Assembly: GCA_038087875.1 (NCBI GenBank) | Contig: CM075992.1 | Coordinates: 9,178,001 to 9,242,000, forward strand | Source of the DNA: Malacoraja senta | Taxonomy: Eukaryota | Length of the DNA stretch: 64,000 nucleotides | Reading direction: 5' to 3' | Notes under the pieces: model-generated | What the model saw: only the letters and a program-made list of their open reading frames with translations | Database searches by the model: none | What the model was told of the DNA's origin: nothing | Part shown: one piece after another, positions 12,958-27,423 of the stretch | Numbering within the stretch: position 1 is the first letter of the stretch | How the letters are laid out: every line of letters starts with the position of its first letter | Program-made: the position numbers and the translations under genes

Positions 12958-13702
12958 GCCGATTAGGAAAAGGGGAGATGCAACGAGACCTGGGTGTCAT
13001 GGTACACCAGTCATTGAAAGTAGGAATGCAGGTGCAGCAGGCAGTGAAGAAAGCGAATGGTATGTCAGCATTCATAGCAAAAGGATTTGAGTATAAGAGC
13101 AGGGAGGTTCTACTGCAGTTGTACAGGGTCTTGGTGAGACCACACCTGGAGTATTGTGTACAGTTTTGGTCTCCTAATCTGAGGAAAGACATTCTTGCCA
13201 TAGAGGGAGTACAGAGAAGGTTCACCAGACTGATTCCTGGGATGGCAGGACTTTCATATGAGGAAAGACTGGATAGACTCGGCTTGTACTCGTTGGAATT
13301 CAGAAGACTGAGGGGGGATCTTATAGAAACTTACAAAATTCTTAAGGGGTTGGACAGGCTAGATGCAGGAAGATTATTCCCGATGTTGGGGAAGTCCAGA
13401 ACTAGATGTCACAGTTTAAGGATAAGAGGGAAGACTTTTAGGACCGAGATGAGGAAATCATTTTTTACACAGAGAGTGGTGAATATGTGGAATTCTCTGC
13501 CACAGAAGGTAGTTGAGGCCAGTTCATTGGCTATATTTAAGAGGGAGTTAGATGTGGCCCTTGTGGCTAAAGGGATCAGGGGGTAAGGAGAGAAGGCAGG
13601 GATGGGATACTGAGTTGGATGATCAGCCATGATCATATCAAATGGCGGTGCAGGCTCGAAGGGCCGAATGGCCTACTCCTGCACCTATTTTCTATGTTTC
13701 TA
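12958..13702 (+). mobile_element. CR1/HER1-type LINE 3' fragment (young)
   Basis: ORF 12978-13586 nearly identical to the C-terminal part of ORF 46196-47134; TTCTATGT tail. Confidence 0.9.
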
Positions 13703-15461
13703 TATACCAAGGCTCAGGGTCTTAAATTCTACCCAGATGCAAACAATGAATAAGGGTGCAGCTTTTGGATGTGTAGGAAGGAACTGCAGATGTTGGTTTA
13801 AACCGAAGATAGACACAAAATGCTGGAGTAACTCAGCGGGACAGGCAGCATCTCTGGAGAGAAGGAACGGGTGACGTTTCGAGTCGAGACTCTTCTTTGT
13901 GCAGCTTTTGGATATCAGGTAGAGTTAATGTGTTCACTTTTTGTTGAATGTGCTCCTGCAGTCAGCTGAGTGTCATGTGCGGCCAAATTAATTTAAATTT
14001 ACTAAGCCGAGACGTAGCCAGAATTAATGTGCAGAGTAAATTATTACAGAAAATTGTATATTTTACGAAGATTAGACAGAATAGTGGTGGAAGAGGTTTG
14101 CGTGGAGCTTAACAGAGGCAATGATCATTGGAAGGTGGCCTATTTCTGAGCAATATTCTATGTTAAATAACCATACTGTTTCTGTATTATCCAACCATTG
14201 CCACTGGATGATGCGAGCAACAGGTTTACTGACGAAACCATGCGTGAATTTACATTACAACGTGACAATAAATCTGTCACACAGCTTACAATTGTCATGC
14301 TGTCAAATGCACAGCTGAACTGCTGGAGGACGCAGAATGATCAACTGATAATCTCATCACTTTTCTCATCCGGATCTCACCCTCTTTTCCCCTCGGGCAA
14401 GAGGTACAGAAGTGTGAAAGCGCACATCTCCAGATTCGGGGACAGTTTCCACCAGCTGTTATCAGGCAACTGAATCACCCTATTAACAGCTAGAGACCCT
14501 CGGACTATCTTTAATTGGACTTTACCTTGCACTAAACATTATTCCCTAATATCCAGTATCTGTACACTGCGGATGGCTCGATTGCTTTGCCACCCCCTCT
14601 CCTCATTGGAACATGACGTTCCTGAACTTTGATCAAATGGCCTTTAAACAACTCCCACGTCAGATGTAAACTTACCCAATAACAACGGCTCCCAGTGCAA
14701 GGGGCCCTATAGTAAATCCCATTAGCGAGTGTTGAGTTCTACGCATGTGGCCTCAACAGACATTCTCTCCAGTATATCCACTTGGAGTGCTGCTGTGACA
14801 GACACCCTAGTTAGCAATGCAACTTCTCCACTTATTTCCCCCCCTCTATCACGGCTGAAACATCGATACTCTGGAACATTGAGCTGCCAGTCCTGTCCCT
14901 CTCGCAAGTACGTTTCCACAATGTCCTGCCTCTAAATTCATCTGCTTTCTCCACAATAGTTGCATTGAAGTAAATACACTTCAACCCATCAGCCTCACCA
15001 TGTTCCTTCACCTCTCCCTGGCTATCCTTCCTTTGAGGCTTACTGGTCCTAACCTCTTCCTTTCCATCGCTCCTTCCAATTTCGGTTCCCAGCTGCACCA
15101 ACCTTTCTAGTTTAGACCCTCCTTGGTAGCACTGATCTTTAGAACAGTTGATTACAAACCACTATCAAAGCTCTCAGGAGTATCTCATGAAAATCAGTTA
15201 TTTAGAGCATCCATATTTCTTCCCTTCAATGATCCAAGTTAAGATCCTCATTACAGAATTCACTATTTTCTCAGCAAGAAAGAGTAAATACAGAGGCTGA
15301 TGTGTGTGAATATCCATCCACCTGTCCATTGCAGAATTAAGGCATTAATGAATACTCTTACCGTCATGAACTTTTTAAGTTAAATACACACCAGAATTTA
15401 CATTAAAATGAGTTATCTCCCATGTAATCCATGTTTATACCATAATGTGGGTGTTCTTTAG

Positions 15462-16502
15462 TAGGTATGTTACAAAACTTACCTTCAGTCGCGCTGTAAT
15501 TCTGCCACTGGCCGTTTGCGCGATTATGGTGCCTTTAGGGGGGGGCGGGGTTAAAACGCGGGTTTCTCCTCCCTTGTCCTGGGAATATTTTGTTGGAGTA
15601 CAAGCCTTGGCTGACAAAATCGTTCCTACCGGCGTTTTGTGAATTTTTTATTTTTATTAAATCGTCAATGTCAGCGCTACAGTAATTTTAAAAGCAGCTC
15701 CTGAAGCGTCAACGCCGATAACGGGGACGGATTTCACACACGGGACAGGTAAACGAAAGTGCTTTCTTTAAATGTATAAAAGTGCTTCTTAAGAAGCCTT
15801 TAATTCACATTTTGTCATGCGACACGGTGATTTTATTCCCCGAATTAACGGCAGTATTTTTCATGCCAATATGGGGTTAAATTCACCGCAAATCAACGTT
15901 CCAAAAGATCGCGTTCCAGTAATCCTCACTCGCAAGATGAATTAAATCCCCATTAATTTACAGGTATTAAACATTCATTTCCTTCCATTTGGCCTGTAAA
16001 TTCATGAAAATTAGATTTAAAAATTATGTTATATTGTGAATTATTGTGTGAATGTTATTTGGACACTTAGGCTATTTAAAAATGTTAATCTATTCTTAAG
16101 AAATTGATAGATGTTTAGATCTAGTAATTGAATTTTGTAATTATCTACAATTAGGTAACTAACTAATTATATGCTTTACTTTCATGTCTTCGAAGTAAGA
16201 TTGTTTCATATTTGTTTCAGAATGCTTCAATCTATAATACCTGAAAATTTCTTTCAGTTATCATAATTTTTAAGAAAGTTATGGGCTTTTAACTGTCCTC
16301 GATCACAGCTTTTGTGTTAAGTCAATGGAAAAGCAATAGGGAACTAGATGCTAATTTCTGAGTATGATAATGGCCATAACTTTTTTAATACTGAAGATAT
16401 GAAAGTGAATTAAGTGTCAAATTAAACTTCTTTTTATCCTTTATCTGATGGGATAAATTACAGACTTTATTTTTAAAATCTCAAAATTTTGTAACATTGC
16501 TA
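15462..16502. mobile_element. Non-autonomous DNA transposon, ~1.04 kb, 7-bp TSD (copy 1, opposite orientation to copies 2 and 3)
   Basis: Imperfect 14-bp TIRs TAGGTATGTTACAA / TTGTAACATTGCTA; TSD TCTTTAG at 15455-15461 and 16503-16509. Confidence 0.85.
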
Positions 16503-16965
16503 TCTTTAGGGGAGTAAATAAATAATCTATACATTATTTGTGACTGGAAATGGGTAGTGCAGGAAGCCATTTTACTATGCACTATGCTAAAACAATACAA
16601 CTGCCCCACCTTTGTTTTCTCTTTTTTAATATTGCAAACTCTAATCTGAAGCAATTTCCAAAGCTACAATTTATTTTACAAATGTTAGAAGAGGCAAACC
16701 TGCCAACACAATGTCCATCATATAAATTCATGTTGAGTATTAATTAAATATAGCTGTAAGATTGAGAAACTAGATCACAGAAGAGTGCACGTTCTTCCAT
16801 TTTATGGTCCAAAGCAGAACTACTGGTTTGCAGAAAAAACTGTAAAGTCACAGCAAACCAAGTGGCCACAAAGGAATTTACTTACTACACCAAGCTCTTC
16901 AAAAAAAGGAGAAAATACAAGATGAATACTGACTTTGCACAGCATCTTCTGCTGTAAGATATGAC

Positions 16966-17160
16966 TTAGACTTCTGGCTGTGAACACATGTCCTTGTAGA
17001 CTGTAGCCATGGCATTGCATGTCTGTTTAAGTTCAGACTCTAAACATCTGATTCTATCCAGGATAGTCAACAGCTCCTGCAGTGTGTCCTCAATCAACTT
17101 ATTCTCACTGCTGTAGATTTCAAACAAGCCTTCTTCTAGCTTCGTGGAGAATTCTGAAAC
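16966..17160 (-). CDS. SYCE2: Synaptonemal complex central element protein 2, last coding exon
   Basis: VSEFSTKLEEGLFEIYSSENKLIEDTLQELLTILDRIRCLESELKQTCNAMATVYKDMCSQPEV* resembles mammalian SYCE2 (VSDLTEKLEERIYQIY...LETELKQVCHSVETVYKDLCLQPE); acceptor TTTTAAG, phase 0. Confidence 0.85.
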   Translation of the reverse strand, partial: VSEFSTKLEEGLFEIYSSENKLIEDTLQELLTILDRIRCLESELKQTCNAMATVYKDMCSQPEV

Positions 17161-17202
17161 CTTAAAAGTCACAAAAGATTAAATGGCTTTGTCCCAATTT
17201 TA

Positions 17203-17596
17203 AGTAAGTAAGTAAGTTTATTGGCCAAGTATTCACATACAAGGAATTTGCCTTGGTGCTCCACCCACAAGTAACAACATGACATACAGTGACAGTTACG
17301 AATGACTCGGAAAACACTAAACATTAATAATAATAAAACATTAATGTTAAAACACCATTTATCAAGCATGTGAACCAACAAAATACCAGATCAAAGGGAG
17401 GCTACAGATTTTTGGCTGTTGAGTAGAGCAACTACTCTTGGATAAAAAACATTTTTATGTCTGGCTGTGGCAGCTTTGACAATCCGGAGTCGCCTTCCAG
17501 AGGGAAGTGATTCAAAGAGTTTGTGGCCAGGGTGAGAGGGGTCAGAGATGATCTTGCCCGCTCGCTTCCTGGCCCTTGCAGTGTACAGTTCATCAA
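17203..17596 (-). mobile_element. Rex/Babar-type LINE 3' end with (CTTA)n tail, intronic in SYCE2
   Basis: ORF 17391-17609 (LYTARARKRAGKIISDPSHPGHKLFESLPSGRRLR); TAAG repeats at the left end. Confidence 0.8.
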
Positions 17597-18857
17597 TCTC
17601 TGTTCTCACATCGCTTGCCCTTTCTAGGCTATCGTGTGCATGGTGCTTGCAGTCAGTCCCCAGTTCTCCTTACCCAAGTGGTCCATTGCCCACCTTGTTA
17701 GAGAGTGAACACACATCATCAAGACTCATTCAAATTGCGTTTTAAGATGCGGGATTGAAACACTTGACAACCATCAGAATACAGTCTGAATAGAATAGAG
17801 TCTGAAGAAGGGTTCGGCCCGAAACGTTGCCTATTTCCTTCGCTCCATAGATGCTGCTGCACCCGCTGAGTTTCTCCAGCATTTTTGTGTACCTTCGATT
17901 TTCCAGCATCTGCAGTTCCTTCTTAAACACAAACATCAGATGCTGGTTTAAAGCGGAGATACACACACACAAAGCTGGAGTAACTCAGCAGGTCAGACAG
18001 CATCTCTGGAGAAAAGGAATAGGTGACGTTTCGGGACGAGGCAGTCTGAAGGCGGGTCTCGATCCGAAATGTCACCTATTCCTTTTCTCCAGAGATGCTG
18101 TCTGACCTGCTGAGTTACTCCAGCTTTATGTGCCTATCTACAGATTAAGGTGATATTTATTTCCCTTGCAGCACTGAGAAATACCGAGTCCAACTGTGGC
18201 ATGTCACCAAATTCTGCATCCTCTGGAAACGAGATGAATGTATAAAATCATGAGGGGGGATAGGGTAAATGGTGTATTAAATCATTTGGGTGAATGTGCA
18301 GTCTTTTATCCAAGGTAGGGGAAATCGAGAACTAGAGGACTTAGGTTAAAGGTGACAGTGGCAGGTTTAGTAGGAACCCGAGAGGCAATTTTTTACACTC
18401 AGAGGGTCGTGGGTTTATGGAATGAGCTGCCAGAGGAGGTAGTTGAGGCAGATACTATGGTAGCATTTAAAAGACAGTTGGACTAGTATATGGATACGAT
18501 AGGTTTGGAGGGATATGGGCCAAACGTGGGCAAATGGGACTAGCTTAGCTGGGGCATCTTGCATGGGATGGACAAGTTGGGCCAAAGGGCTATTTCTCTG
18601 CTGTATGACACTATGAAAGAAGAATGCTCCCTCCACACATCCAATTAGGTAAGTGATTGTGTATGAGATTTCATTTGTCAAACCTTTGTTGAACTTGACA
18701 CTCACAAGGAACAGCTAAAGATTTCCATGAAGAAAGTCCTGTGAATGAGATAATTCCCTCGACTCACAAACACTTAAACACTTTCACACAAAAACCTGCT
18801 ATACATAAATTATAGGTTTTCAACATTCAGTTGTTTATAGGAAAGATGCATAATTAC

Positions 18858-19077
18858 CTTCATAACGAGAGTGTCCTTAAAGTTGCTCATCAACTTATGA
18901 TCTTTTATTCTACTTTTATTTATTTCGTTCACTAGCTGTTTTGTTCTTTCACATATCCCGTCTACACTAGAATCAGGTCCCACAAAACAGTTTGAGGGCT
19001 TGCCATTGAAGTCAAGTGTGGAATCTTCAATATCAGAGGTTGTCATGGCATCATCCATTAAGCTGCTAGATTCCTCT
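18858..19077 (-). CDS. SYCE2: SYCE2 internal coding exon (220 nt, phase 2 to phase 0)
   Basis: ...DSSVDGICERTKQLVNEINKSRIKDHKLMSNFKDTLVMK resembles SYCE2 (DSSIDILQKRAQELIENINKSRQKDHALMTNFRNSLKTK); acceptor TTTTTTCATTCCCTTGCAACAG, donor AAG|GTAATT. Confidence 0.85.
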
Positions 19078-20140
19078 CTGTTGCAAGGGAATGAAAAAAC
19101 AGAATCAATAGACAATAGACGCAGGAGTAGGCCATTTGGCCCTTCGAGCCAGCACCGCCATTCAATGTGATCATGGCTGATCATCCCCACTCAGTTCCCC
19201 GTTCCTGCCTTCTCCCCATATTCCCTGACCGCTATTTTTAAGAGCCCTATCTAGTTCTCTCTTGAAAGCATCCAGAGAACCTGCCTCCACCGCCCTGAGG
19301 CAGAGAATTCCACAGAATCAGACCGTTGGGAGACCATAGATAGACACAAAAAGCTGGAGTAACTCAGCGGGTCAGGCAGCATCTCTGGAGAAAAGGAATA
19401 GGTGACGTTTCGGGTCGAGACCCTTCTTCAGGTGACCATGGTATCATAGGTGACCATGATACTGATAGTCAAGTCATTTCTTAAACAGAGGTGCAGTGCC
19501 ACAACTAGATACACTGACAGATCTAGATCTTTTAAAGGAAGAAACACAACCTTCTTTATTTCTTGTTCACCGTCGGTGCAAGAAATAAACCAGAGAGAAC
19601 CCTGTAAAATGTAACGAGAACCCCATATAGGTTGTAGTACACTTTCAAGGGTGAGCGTAAGCAACAGAGATTGTTGTGCACATTGGTACCCATGACATGG
19701 AAACAAAAGGGATGACATTCTGAGGAATGAATATAGGTTGAATATATGGGTTATGAATGTATTTAATTTTCTTGTTTATTATATGTTATCTCTAAGTATT
19801 GTGTTTACAGGCCTGTTCTGCTGCTGCTAGTAAGAATTTCATTCGTGTATATATGGCAGTTCAACACTCTTGAGTTTGGAAAGAAGTTAGAAAGCAGGAC
19901 CTGGAGGGCGGTAATCTCTGGATTACTTCCATTGCCGTGTGCTAGTGAAGGCAGAAATACAAGGATAAGGCAGAGGAATGTGTGGCTGAGAAGCTGGTGT
20001 GGGGGAGCAGCGGTTATTGTTCTTAGATCATTGGCATCTCTTACAGGGCAGAAGTAATCTACAGGAGGCATGTGTTGAATCTGAACTGGAAGGGGCACCA
20101 ATATTTTAGGAGGAAGATTTGTAGCGCTCCTCAGGAGAGT

Positions 20141-20441
20141 TTAGTTTAGAGATACATCACGGAACCAGGCCCTTCGGCCCGCCAAGTCTGTGCCGACCAG
20201 CGATCACCTGTCCACTAGGACTATCCTACACCCTAGGGACAATTTACGGTTTACATCTTACAGTTTTTACCAAAGCCAATTAAACTAAAATCCTGTGCGT
20301 CTTTGTGGAGTGTGGGAGAAACCCCATGCGGTCACAGTGGAAACATATAAACTCCGTACACACAGCACCTGTAGTCAGGATCGAACCCGGGTCTCTGGTG
20401 TTGTAAGGTGGCAACTCTCCCGCTGAGCCACTGTGCCGCCC
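20141..20441 (-). mobile_element. HE1/V-SINE-like element
   Basis: Reverse complement of the SINE head and body, with (CTAAA)n tail. Confidence 0.75.
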
Positions 20442-20574
20442 TAAACTAGATTGGTAGGGGGATGGGTCCAAGGACAGAAAAGGGGAAGGTGAAAAGTTGT
20501 GGACAAGTACTGTAGTTAAAGAGAGCAAGTTTAGTACACAGGACAGCCAGGAGAAGGGCGAAGAGAAAGAGAAG

Positions 20575-22440
20575 ACTGGAGGTTTAAACTGCATGTGTTT
20601 CAAGGCAAGAGACTTAACAGTTCAAGCAGACAAACTCAGGGTGTGGATTAGCTCAGGAGACTGAGATATTACAGCCATTACAGAAACATGGCTGCAAGAA
20701 GGGCAGATCTGACAGCTCAATGTTCCAGGGTATTTCAGAGGGAACTTAGTTCCAGGGGGAACTTACAGAATAATGAATGGCATAGATAGAGTGGATGTGG
20801 AAAGGGTGTTTCCACTGGTAGGAGAGTCTAGGACCAGAGGTCACAGCCTCAGAATTAAAGGACGCTCTTTTAGAAAGGAGGTGAGGAGGAACTTTAGTCA
20901 GAGGGTAGTTAATCTGTGGAACTCATTGCCACATAGGTCTGTGGAGGCCAAGTCAATAGATATTTTTAAGGCAGAGATAGCCAAATTCTTGATTGGAACG
21001 TGTGTCAAGGGTTATGGGGAGAAGGGATTAGGAGGCAGAGATCAGTCATGATTGAATGGCAGAATAGACTCGATGGGCCGAATGGCCTAATTCTACTCCT
21101 ATAACTTGTGAACTTGGTATAGACAAAAGTACAAGTAAAGGGTATGAGTTTTTTTGATGAGGGGGAAACTTAACAACGGTGCTTAGAGAGGATATTCTTG
21201 GGGGTTCGTCCAGTTAGTATAGATAGCATTTTGAAACAAGAAGGGGATGATCACTGCGATAGGACTATTATGTGCCTCCCTATATTCAGTGAGAATTAGT
21301 GGAGTTGATGTGCCAAGAGATCGCAGAGAGTTGCAACAATAATAGGGTAGTGTTAAGGGGAGATTTTAACTTCCCTAATATTGACTGGGTCACCCCCCCC
21401 CCCCCCCCCACGCGAAGGGTTTGGATGGGGAGGAATTAGTCAAATATGTTTAAGAAAGCTTCCTTGATAAATATATGGTGGCCCCCACTAGAGAGGGGCC
21501 CATCATGTATTGTGGACCTTTCCTCAGGTGGACAGTGGGCCTTCTCTCAGGGAAAGAGGTAGGGCAAGTGACTGAAGTGTCAGTGGGGGGATCACTTTGG
21601 GACCAGTGCCAATCATTTTTGTTTACTATAAGAAAGACATCGTTAAGCTGGAAAGAGTGCAAAGATTTGCAGGAATGTTGCCAGCACACAAGGACATGAG
21701 TTATAGGGCGAGTTTGAGCTGGCTAAGGCTTTATTCACTGGAGCATAGGAGACTGAGGCATGATCCTAGAGAGGTGTATAGAATCATGTGGGGCAGAGAT
21801 AATGTGAATGTAGTCTTTTTCCTGGAGTAGGGGAATCAAGAACTAGAGGGTCATAAGGTTATACGGAATAGGAGTAGAATTAGACCATTCGGCCCATCAA
21901 GTCTACTCCGCCATTCAATCATGGCTGATCTATCCCTCCCTCCTAACTCCATTCTCCTGCCTTCTCACCATAACCTCAAACACCTGTACTAATCAAGAAT
22001 CTATCTATCTCTGCCTTAAAAATATCCACTCACTTGACCTCCACAGCCTTCTGTGGCAAAGAATTCCACAGATTCACCACCCACTGACTAAAGAAATGTT
22101 TCCTCATCTCCTTCCTAAAAGAACGTCCTTTAATTTTGAGGGCATAGGTTTCAGGTGAAGGCGGAAAGATTTAATAGGGAACTGAGGGGCAACTTTTTCA
22201 CACAGAGGATAGTGGTATATGGAAGGAACCAGCAGCGGAATTGGTTGAGACAGGTACAATAACAACATTTAAAAGACTTGGACAAGTACATGGATAGGAT
22301 AGGTATATGGATAGAAAAGGGTTGGAGGGATATCAGCCTAATGCAAGCAAATGGGACTATCTTAGATGGGCATCTAGGTCAGTATGCATGAGTGGGGCTG
22401 AAGAGCCTGATTCTGTACTGTATTTCTCCATGACTCTATA
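20575..22440 (+). mobile_element. Cluster of degraded, nested CR1-type LINE fragments
   Basis: Endonuclease-like (AITETWLQEGQ, GDFNFPNIDW) and RT C-terminal pieces (ORFs 20773-21051, 21597-21830); an inverted piece at about 21855-22135. Confidence 0.7.
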
Positions 22441-24962
22441 GCCAACTATAAATACAGTGAGGGGATTACATGTGATAGCAAGAGCTGCATTGTGAGTGAG
22501 AGTGTATGAACTGGTTCTGTTTGGTTGATGCTATCTCAATATATACTATCTATATATTACCTGGATAATTCTATCCATATAAAGGATTTTTTAACATGTT
22601 TTCAACACAGATGACATTCCATTCAGGGGAATTGCTGAATGCCTTGAACAAATAATACGAATGGGTGTTTCACATGCTATTGTGTTGCTGAGATTGGATA
22701 AATCAACAACATGCTAATCTGTGATGGAGAACCACAAAGATGATCATACTATCAAGAGGCAAGAGCATTTTATTGTCATATGTCCCGGATGGGACAATGA
22801 AATTCTTACTTGCTGCAACACAACAGAATATGTGAATATGTAAACATAGTACATAACAGGGGAAGAGATTTAAAAAAAAAGAAAAAGTTCAATAAATATC
22901 AAATATAGTGCAATAATAATAGTCTAATATGGATACCGTTTCTTGAATTTCTACAATTTGTCTTCTGCTCGCAAGAGATTTTCTGGATTGATTAAAATTG
23001 GCACTTTCCCTTCTTCACATAAAAGACCAGCTGGGTGCGAGACTGAAGAATAAAACAGGTCAGCTTTCGACTGATTCCAGCAGGTTCTTGGCAGAAGCCA
23101 GCTGGTGATGTTAGAGTAGGCACATGATGTAAAGGCTGCACACTGGAATTTAAGGAATAGCTCTCTCTGGGATGGTGCATTATCCTGGCAAGATAGAATT
23201 TTGCAGCACAATAAAACATTTAGCCCAAGTGCTCTAAGCCAGCGTTTATGCTCCTCACAAGCAGTCTCACTTTGGTTCATTTAGATTTGTCAGCACAGCC
23301 TTTCTCTCTTTTTCTCTCTTTAATGCAAGGTTACGACCTCCATTAAGGTAGTAATGGAATTCCTTATCAAACATGTTAAGCATTACTATAATAATTGTCA
23401 GGAAGCATTTATTTTGCCAGAATATTGTTTATTTATCAGAATTCTAGGTCGTACTAGTTAAAGAAAATAAATACCTTGTACATAAATCATACCTAGGTAC
23501 GAAGTGCTTCAAACTTCAAATGACCTGGGGGCAAAAATATCCAGCACTTTGCCAAACTTTAAAAGTAAGTGCTATCTTTTTTTAAAATCCAGTGTGCAGG
23601 GGGATGGAAGATGAATGTGTGAATGCAAAAGGAAAGAACAGGGGCCAGATGCTGCAAAGCCACAGGGAGGTTCTGCTATACCGAAGACTAGCATAGATGG
23701 GCTTATGGTTCATTTCACCTCACTTGCCATGACCTGCGTGGGTTTTCTCCGAGATCTTCGGTTTCCTCCCACATTCCAGTCATACAGGTTTGCTGGTTAA
23801 TTGGCTTGGTATGCAAAACAATTTAAATTGTCCGTAGTATGGGTAGGATAGTGTTAATGTGCGGGGATCGGACTAGGTGGGCTGTATCTCAAAGCAAAAT
23901 TCAAAAGGGCACCTTGTTCAAAAAATAATCTAAATGAAAATCTAATCCAGAGTTGCAAGAAGCCAAACAATGAATAAATAATTGTCAATTTGATAAATAC
24001 TCCCCCATGAAAGTGCCGGACCTAGAATGGGTCAGAGCAAGGACAGAATGAGTGGAAGATTTGAAACCAAGAGGCCCACTTGGATTGGAATTAGGAGCAC
24101 GCTATGCGAGTCATGAAGATGTGGTCTGGGATTTCAGCTGGGAACTAGATGGAAGTGGAGAGGGGCAATTGTGTAAGAGGAAGCAATCTGACCTTGGGAT
24201 TGAGCAGTGAAAGTACCTTCTCATCCCCAAGTTTAATAGAAAATATTTCACCAGGAGCATGAGATGAATGGGAACTGGTTAGTTTCAAATAGTGGGATGA
24301 ACATTTTACAATAGAACAGGACAACACAGGAACAGGCCCTTCGCCACACAATGTCTGTGTCAAAAGTGATGCCAATTTAAAAAACTAATTTCCTCTATCT
24401 GCATGTGATCCTTCCTCCATTCCCTGTATATCCATGTGCCTATCTAAAAGCCTCTTCAACACCACTATCATTCACCACCTCTGACAATGGGATCCAAGCA
24501 CCCACTACTCTCTGTGTAAAAACGAGCCCAACAAACCACCTTTAAACTTTCCCCTCTCTCACCGTAAAACTATGTCTCCAGTCTTTGATGAAAGGATTAA
24601 AGACAAAAAAATCATTATGCTGAGCCAATTGAGCGCTTTTGGTTATTTACTGAAAATAAAGGATGCTTCTCTTATTAAAATTTAGATTATATTTGAACAA
24701 TACAAGTTGAATCAATTAATTAATACAATGAATTCATCTATGTTGTTCCTTGCAAGCTAGGAAAAATGGCCACTTCCCAAATTGAGAACTGAGGTTACAA
24801 TGCAGGAATATGCAATATGCTAAAATCCTTTGGAGCTAGTATTGTATTTCTCTATAACTAACTATAAATACAGTGAGGGGATTACATGTGATAGTAAGAG
24901 CTGCATTGTGAATGAAAGTGTATGAACTGGTTCTGTTTGGTTGATACCATCTCAAAACATTG

Positions 24963-25280
24963 TCAGCCACAGTGGCACAGCGGTAGAGTTACTGCCTTAC
25001 AGCGAATGCAGTGCCAGAGACCCGGGTTTGATCCCGACTACGGGTGCTCTCTGTACGGAGTTTGTACGTTCTCCCCGTGACCTGCGTGGATTTTCTTCAA
25101 GATCTTCGGTTTCCTCCCACACTCCAAAGACGTACAGGTATGTAGGTTAATTGGCTTGGTAAATGTAAAAATTGTCCCCAGTGGGTATCGGATAGTGTTA
25201 ATGTGCGGGGATCGCTGTTCGGCACGGACCCGGTGGGCCGAAGGGCCTGTTTCCGCGCTGTATCTCTAAACTAAACTAAA
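24963..25280 (+). mobile_element. HE1/V-SINE-like element, full length
   Basis: tRNA-like head, conserved core, CR1-like tail ending CTAAACTAAACTAAA. Confidence 0.8.
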
Positions 25281-27423
25281 CAATATGTTACCTGGTTAAT
25301 TCTATCCATCAGTAGTGACAAACTGCAGAGAAAGGATTTTTTAACATGTATTCAAACACAGATGACATTCCATACAGGAATGATGCATAGGTTTTGGAGA
25401 GGGTAGAGAAGAGCTTTACCAGACTGGGGCCTGGATTAGAGGGTATTAGCTCAAAAGAGAGCTTGGACAAATTTGGATTATTTTCTCTGGAGCGTCGGAA
25501 GTTGAGGGGAGACCTGATAGAAGTCTATAAAATTTTGAGAGGCAAAGATAGGGTACAGTCAGAACCTTTCTCCAAGGGTGGAAATGTTAATACCTAAAGG
25601 GCATAACTTTAAGGTAAGAGGGGCAACCTTTAAAGGACGTGCAGCCCAAGTTTTTGTTTTACACAGGTGGGTGTCTGGAACGTGCTGCCAGGTCTGGTGG
25701 TGGAGGCAGCTATGTTGGTGACGTTTAAGAAGCTTTTAGCTAGGCACAAAGAAGAAATATGGATCATGTGCAGGCAGAGATTAGTTTAACCTGGCATCAA
25801 GTTCAGCACGGATGCTGTGGGCCAAAGGGCCTGCTCCTGTGCTGTACTGTTCCAGCGATGGATAGCTGCAGTTGAAGGAGCTGCTGTGTGTTAGAAAATG
25901 GTGCTGCTGAAACATGAAGCATGACATACGCAGAAAATGTTAAATCTCCAAATATCAGTAATATCTGTGTTCAATATTTAAATCATTGCCAAAGTCACAC
26001 CAGCTTTTTCAATAGCGACATGAATTGCATTTGGCTTAGTCTCCCAGACCTAAAACACCAATGGACATTTCCCCCATTACTGCCCTTATTTATCTTTTAT
26101 AACTAAATTGTCCATCCATCCTTTTTGGCCTTGCGTGCTTGAATACAAGATGTTTTGCTTTAACAAAATAATCTAATGTTCAGTTACTCCCAGCTGGCAT
26201 TATTACACCCAAGTGCAAAATGTCATTGCTAACAAAATCATCACCAACATGTCATCTACCAACATGCTCCACTCAAAGCAGCAGATAAACCTCTTTAATA
26301 GTTATAACTGACATTAATGCTGAGAAATTCAATTGTCAATGCTGCTTTTTTCAGAATAAGGCAATTGAAAATATGTTTATTTCCCCCAAGTGAAATGCAA
26401 TAACAACCTTTCCTGGAGCCATAACTGCAAATGCCAGAACCTTGAACAAAAACAGTGCTGGCCACGCAGCCACTAGAAGGAATGGATAGACAATGTTTCG
26501 GGTCTCTCTCCTGCATTTGTTTCGAGTCATAAAATAGTGAAAGATCAACAATACAAAAGAAGGCCATTTAACTACCATGTCCGCGCTTTCAATAAAGATC
26601 TAATGGTTCTTAGCTATTAATCCCATCTTCCAACACTGGGTCTGTCGTCTTCCAGGTCACAGCTTTTCAAGTACACATCAATGTATTTTACAAATGGAAT
26701 GAGAGTTTCTTGCCTCAATCCTTTTCAAGCAGTGAGTTTTAGACCACCCACCAACCTCTGGGTGAAAAGCTGTTTCCTTATCTCCCCTGTAATCAATCAT
26801 CTACCAATTACTTTGAAATTCATCACACTCCTGGTGGTTGTCACCTATACTCAGGGGATTGTGGTCCTCTTTTTTACAAGGCATCCTGAGTAACAAATGG
26901 GCTCTGTTTTTACAGACATTGATAACGTAATTTTCTCCATTGATTGGAAAATACACAAACATCACTCAATATTGTACCATATGCTGTAACATTGTAGTGA
27001 ATTGCACCAAAACCAGACGAGACTGACAAGAAAGAACAATTAAGAAACGTGGAGAGAGATAGAAAAGTGGTAATTAAAGATAGACACAAAATGCTGGAGT
27101 AATTCAGCATCCCTGGAGAAAAGGAATACATAACATTTGTAGGAAGGAACTGCAGATGCTTGTTTAAACTGAAGATAGACACAAATGTTGGAGTAACTCA
27201 GCGGGGCAGGCAGCATCTCTGGAGAAAAGGAATGGGTGATGTTTCGGATCGAGACCCTTCTTCAGATTGAAAGTCACAGGAAAGGGAAACGAGAGATATA
27301 GACGATGATGTAGAAAGATATAGAACAAATTAATGAAAGTTTTGCAATAAAGCAACAATGATAAAGGAAACGGCTCATTATTAGCTGTAGAGAGGTGAGA
27401 ACAAGAAGCTGGTGTGACATAGA

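Noticed and set aside
9000..16900. Expected GCDH 3' exons tail-to-tail with SYCE2, as in human
   Set aside because: No GCDH-like peptide recognised
22936..23280. Possible extra SYCE2 exon or 109-aa ORF
   Set aside because: No recognisable homology, and SYCE2 already splices in frame without it
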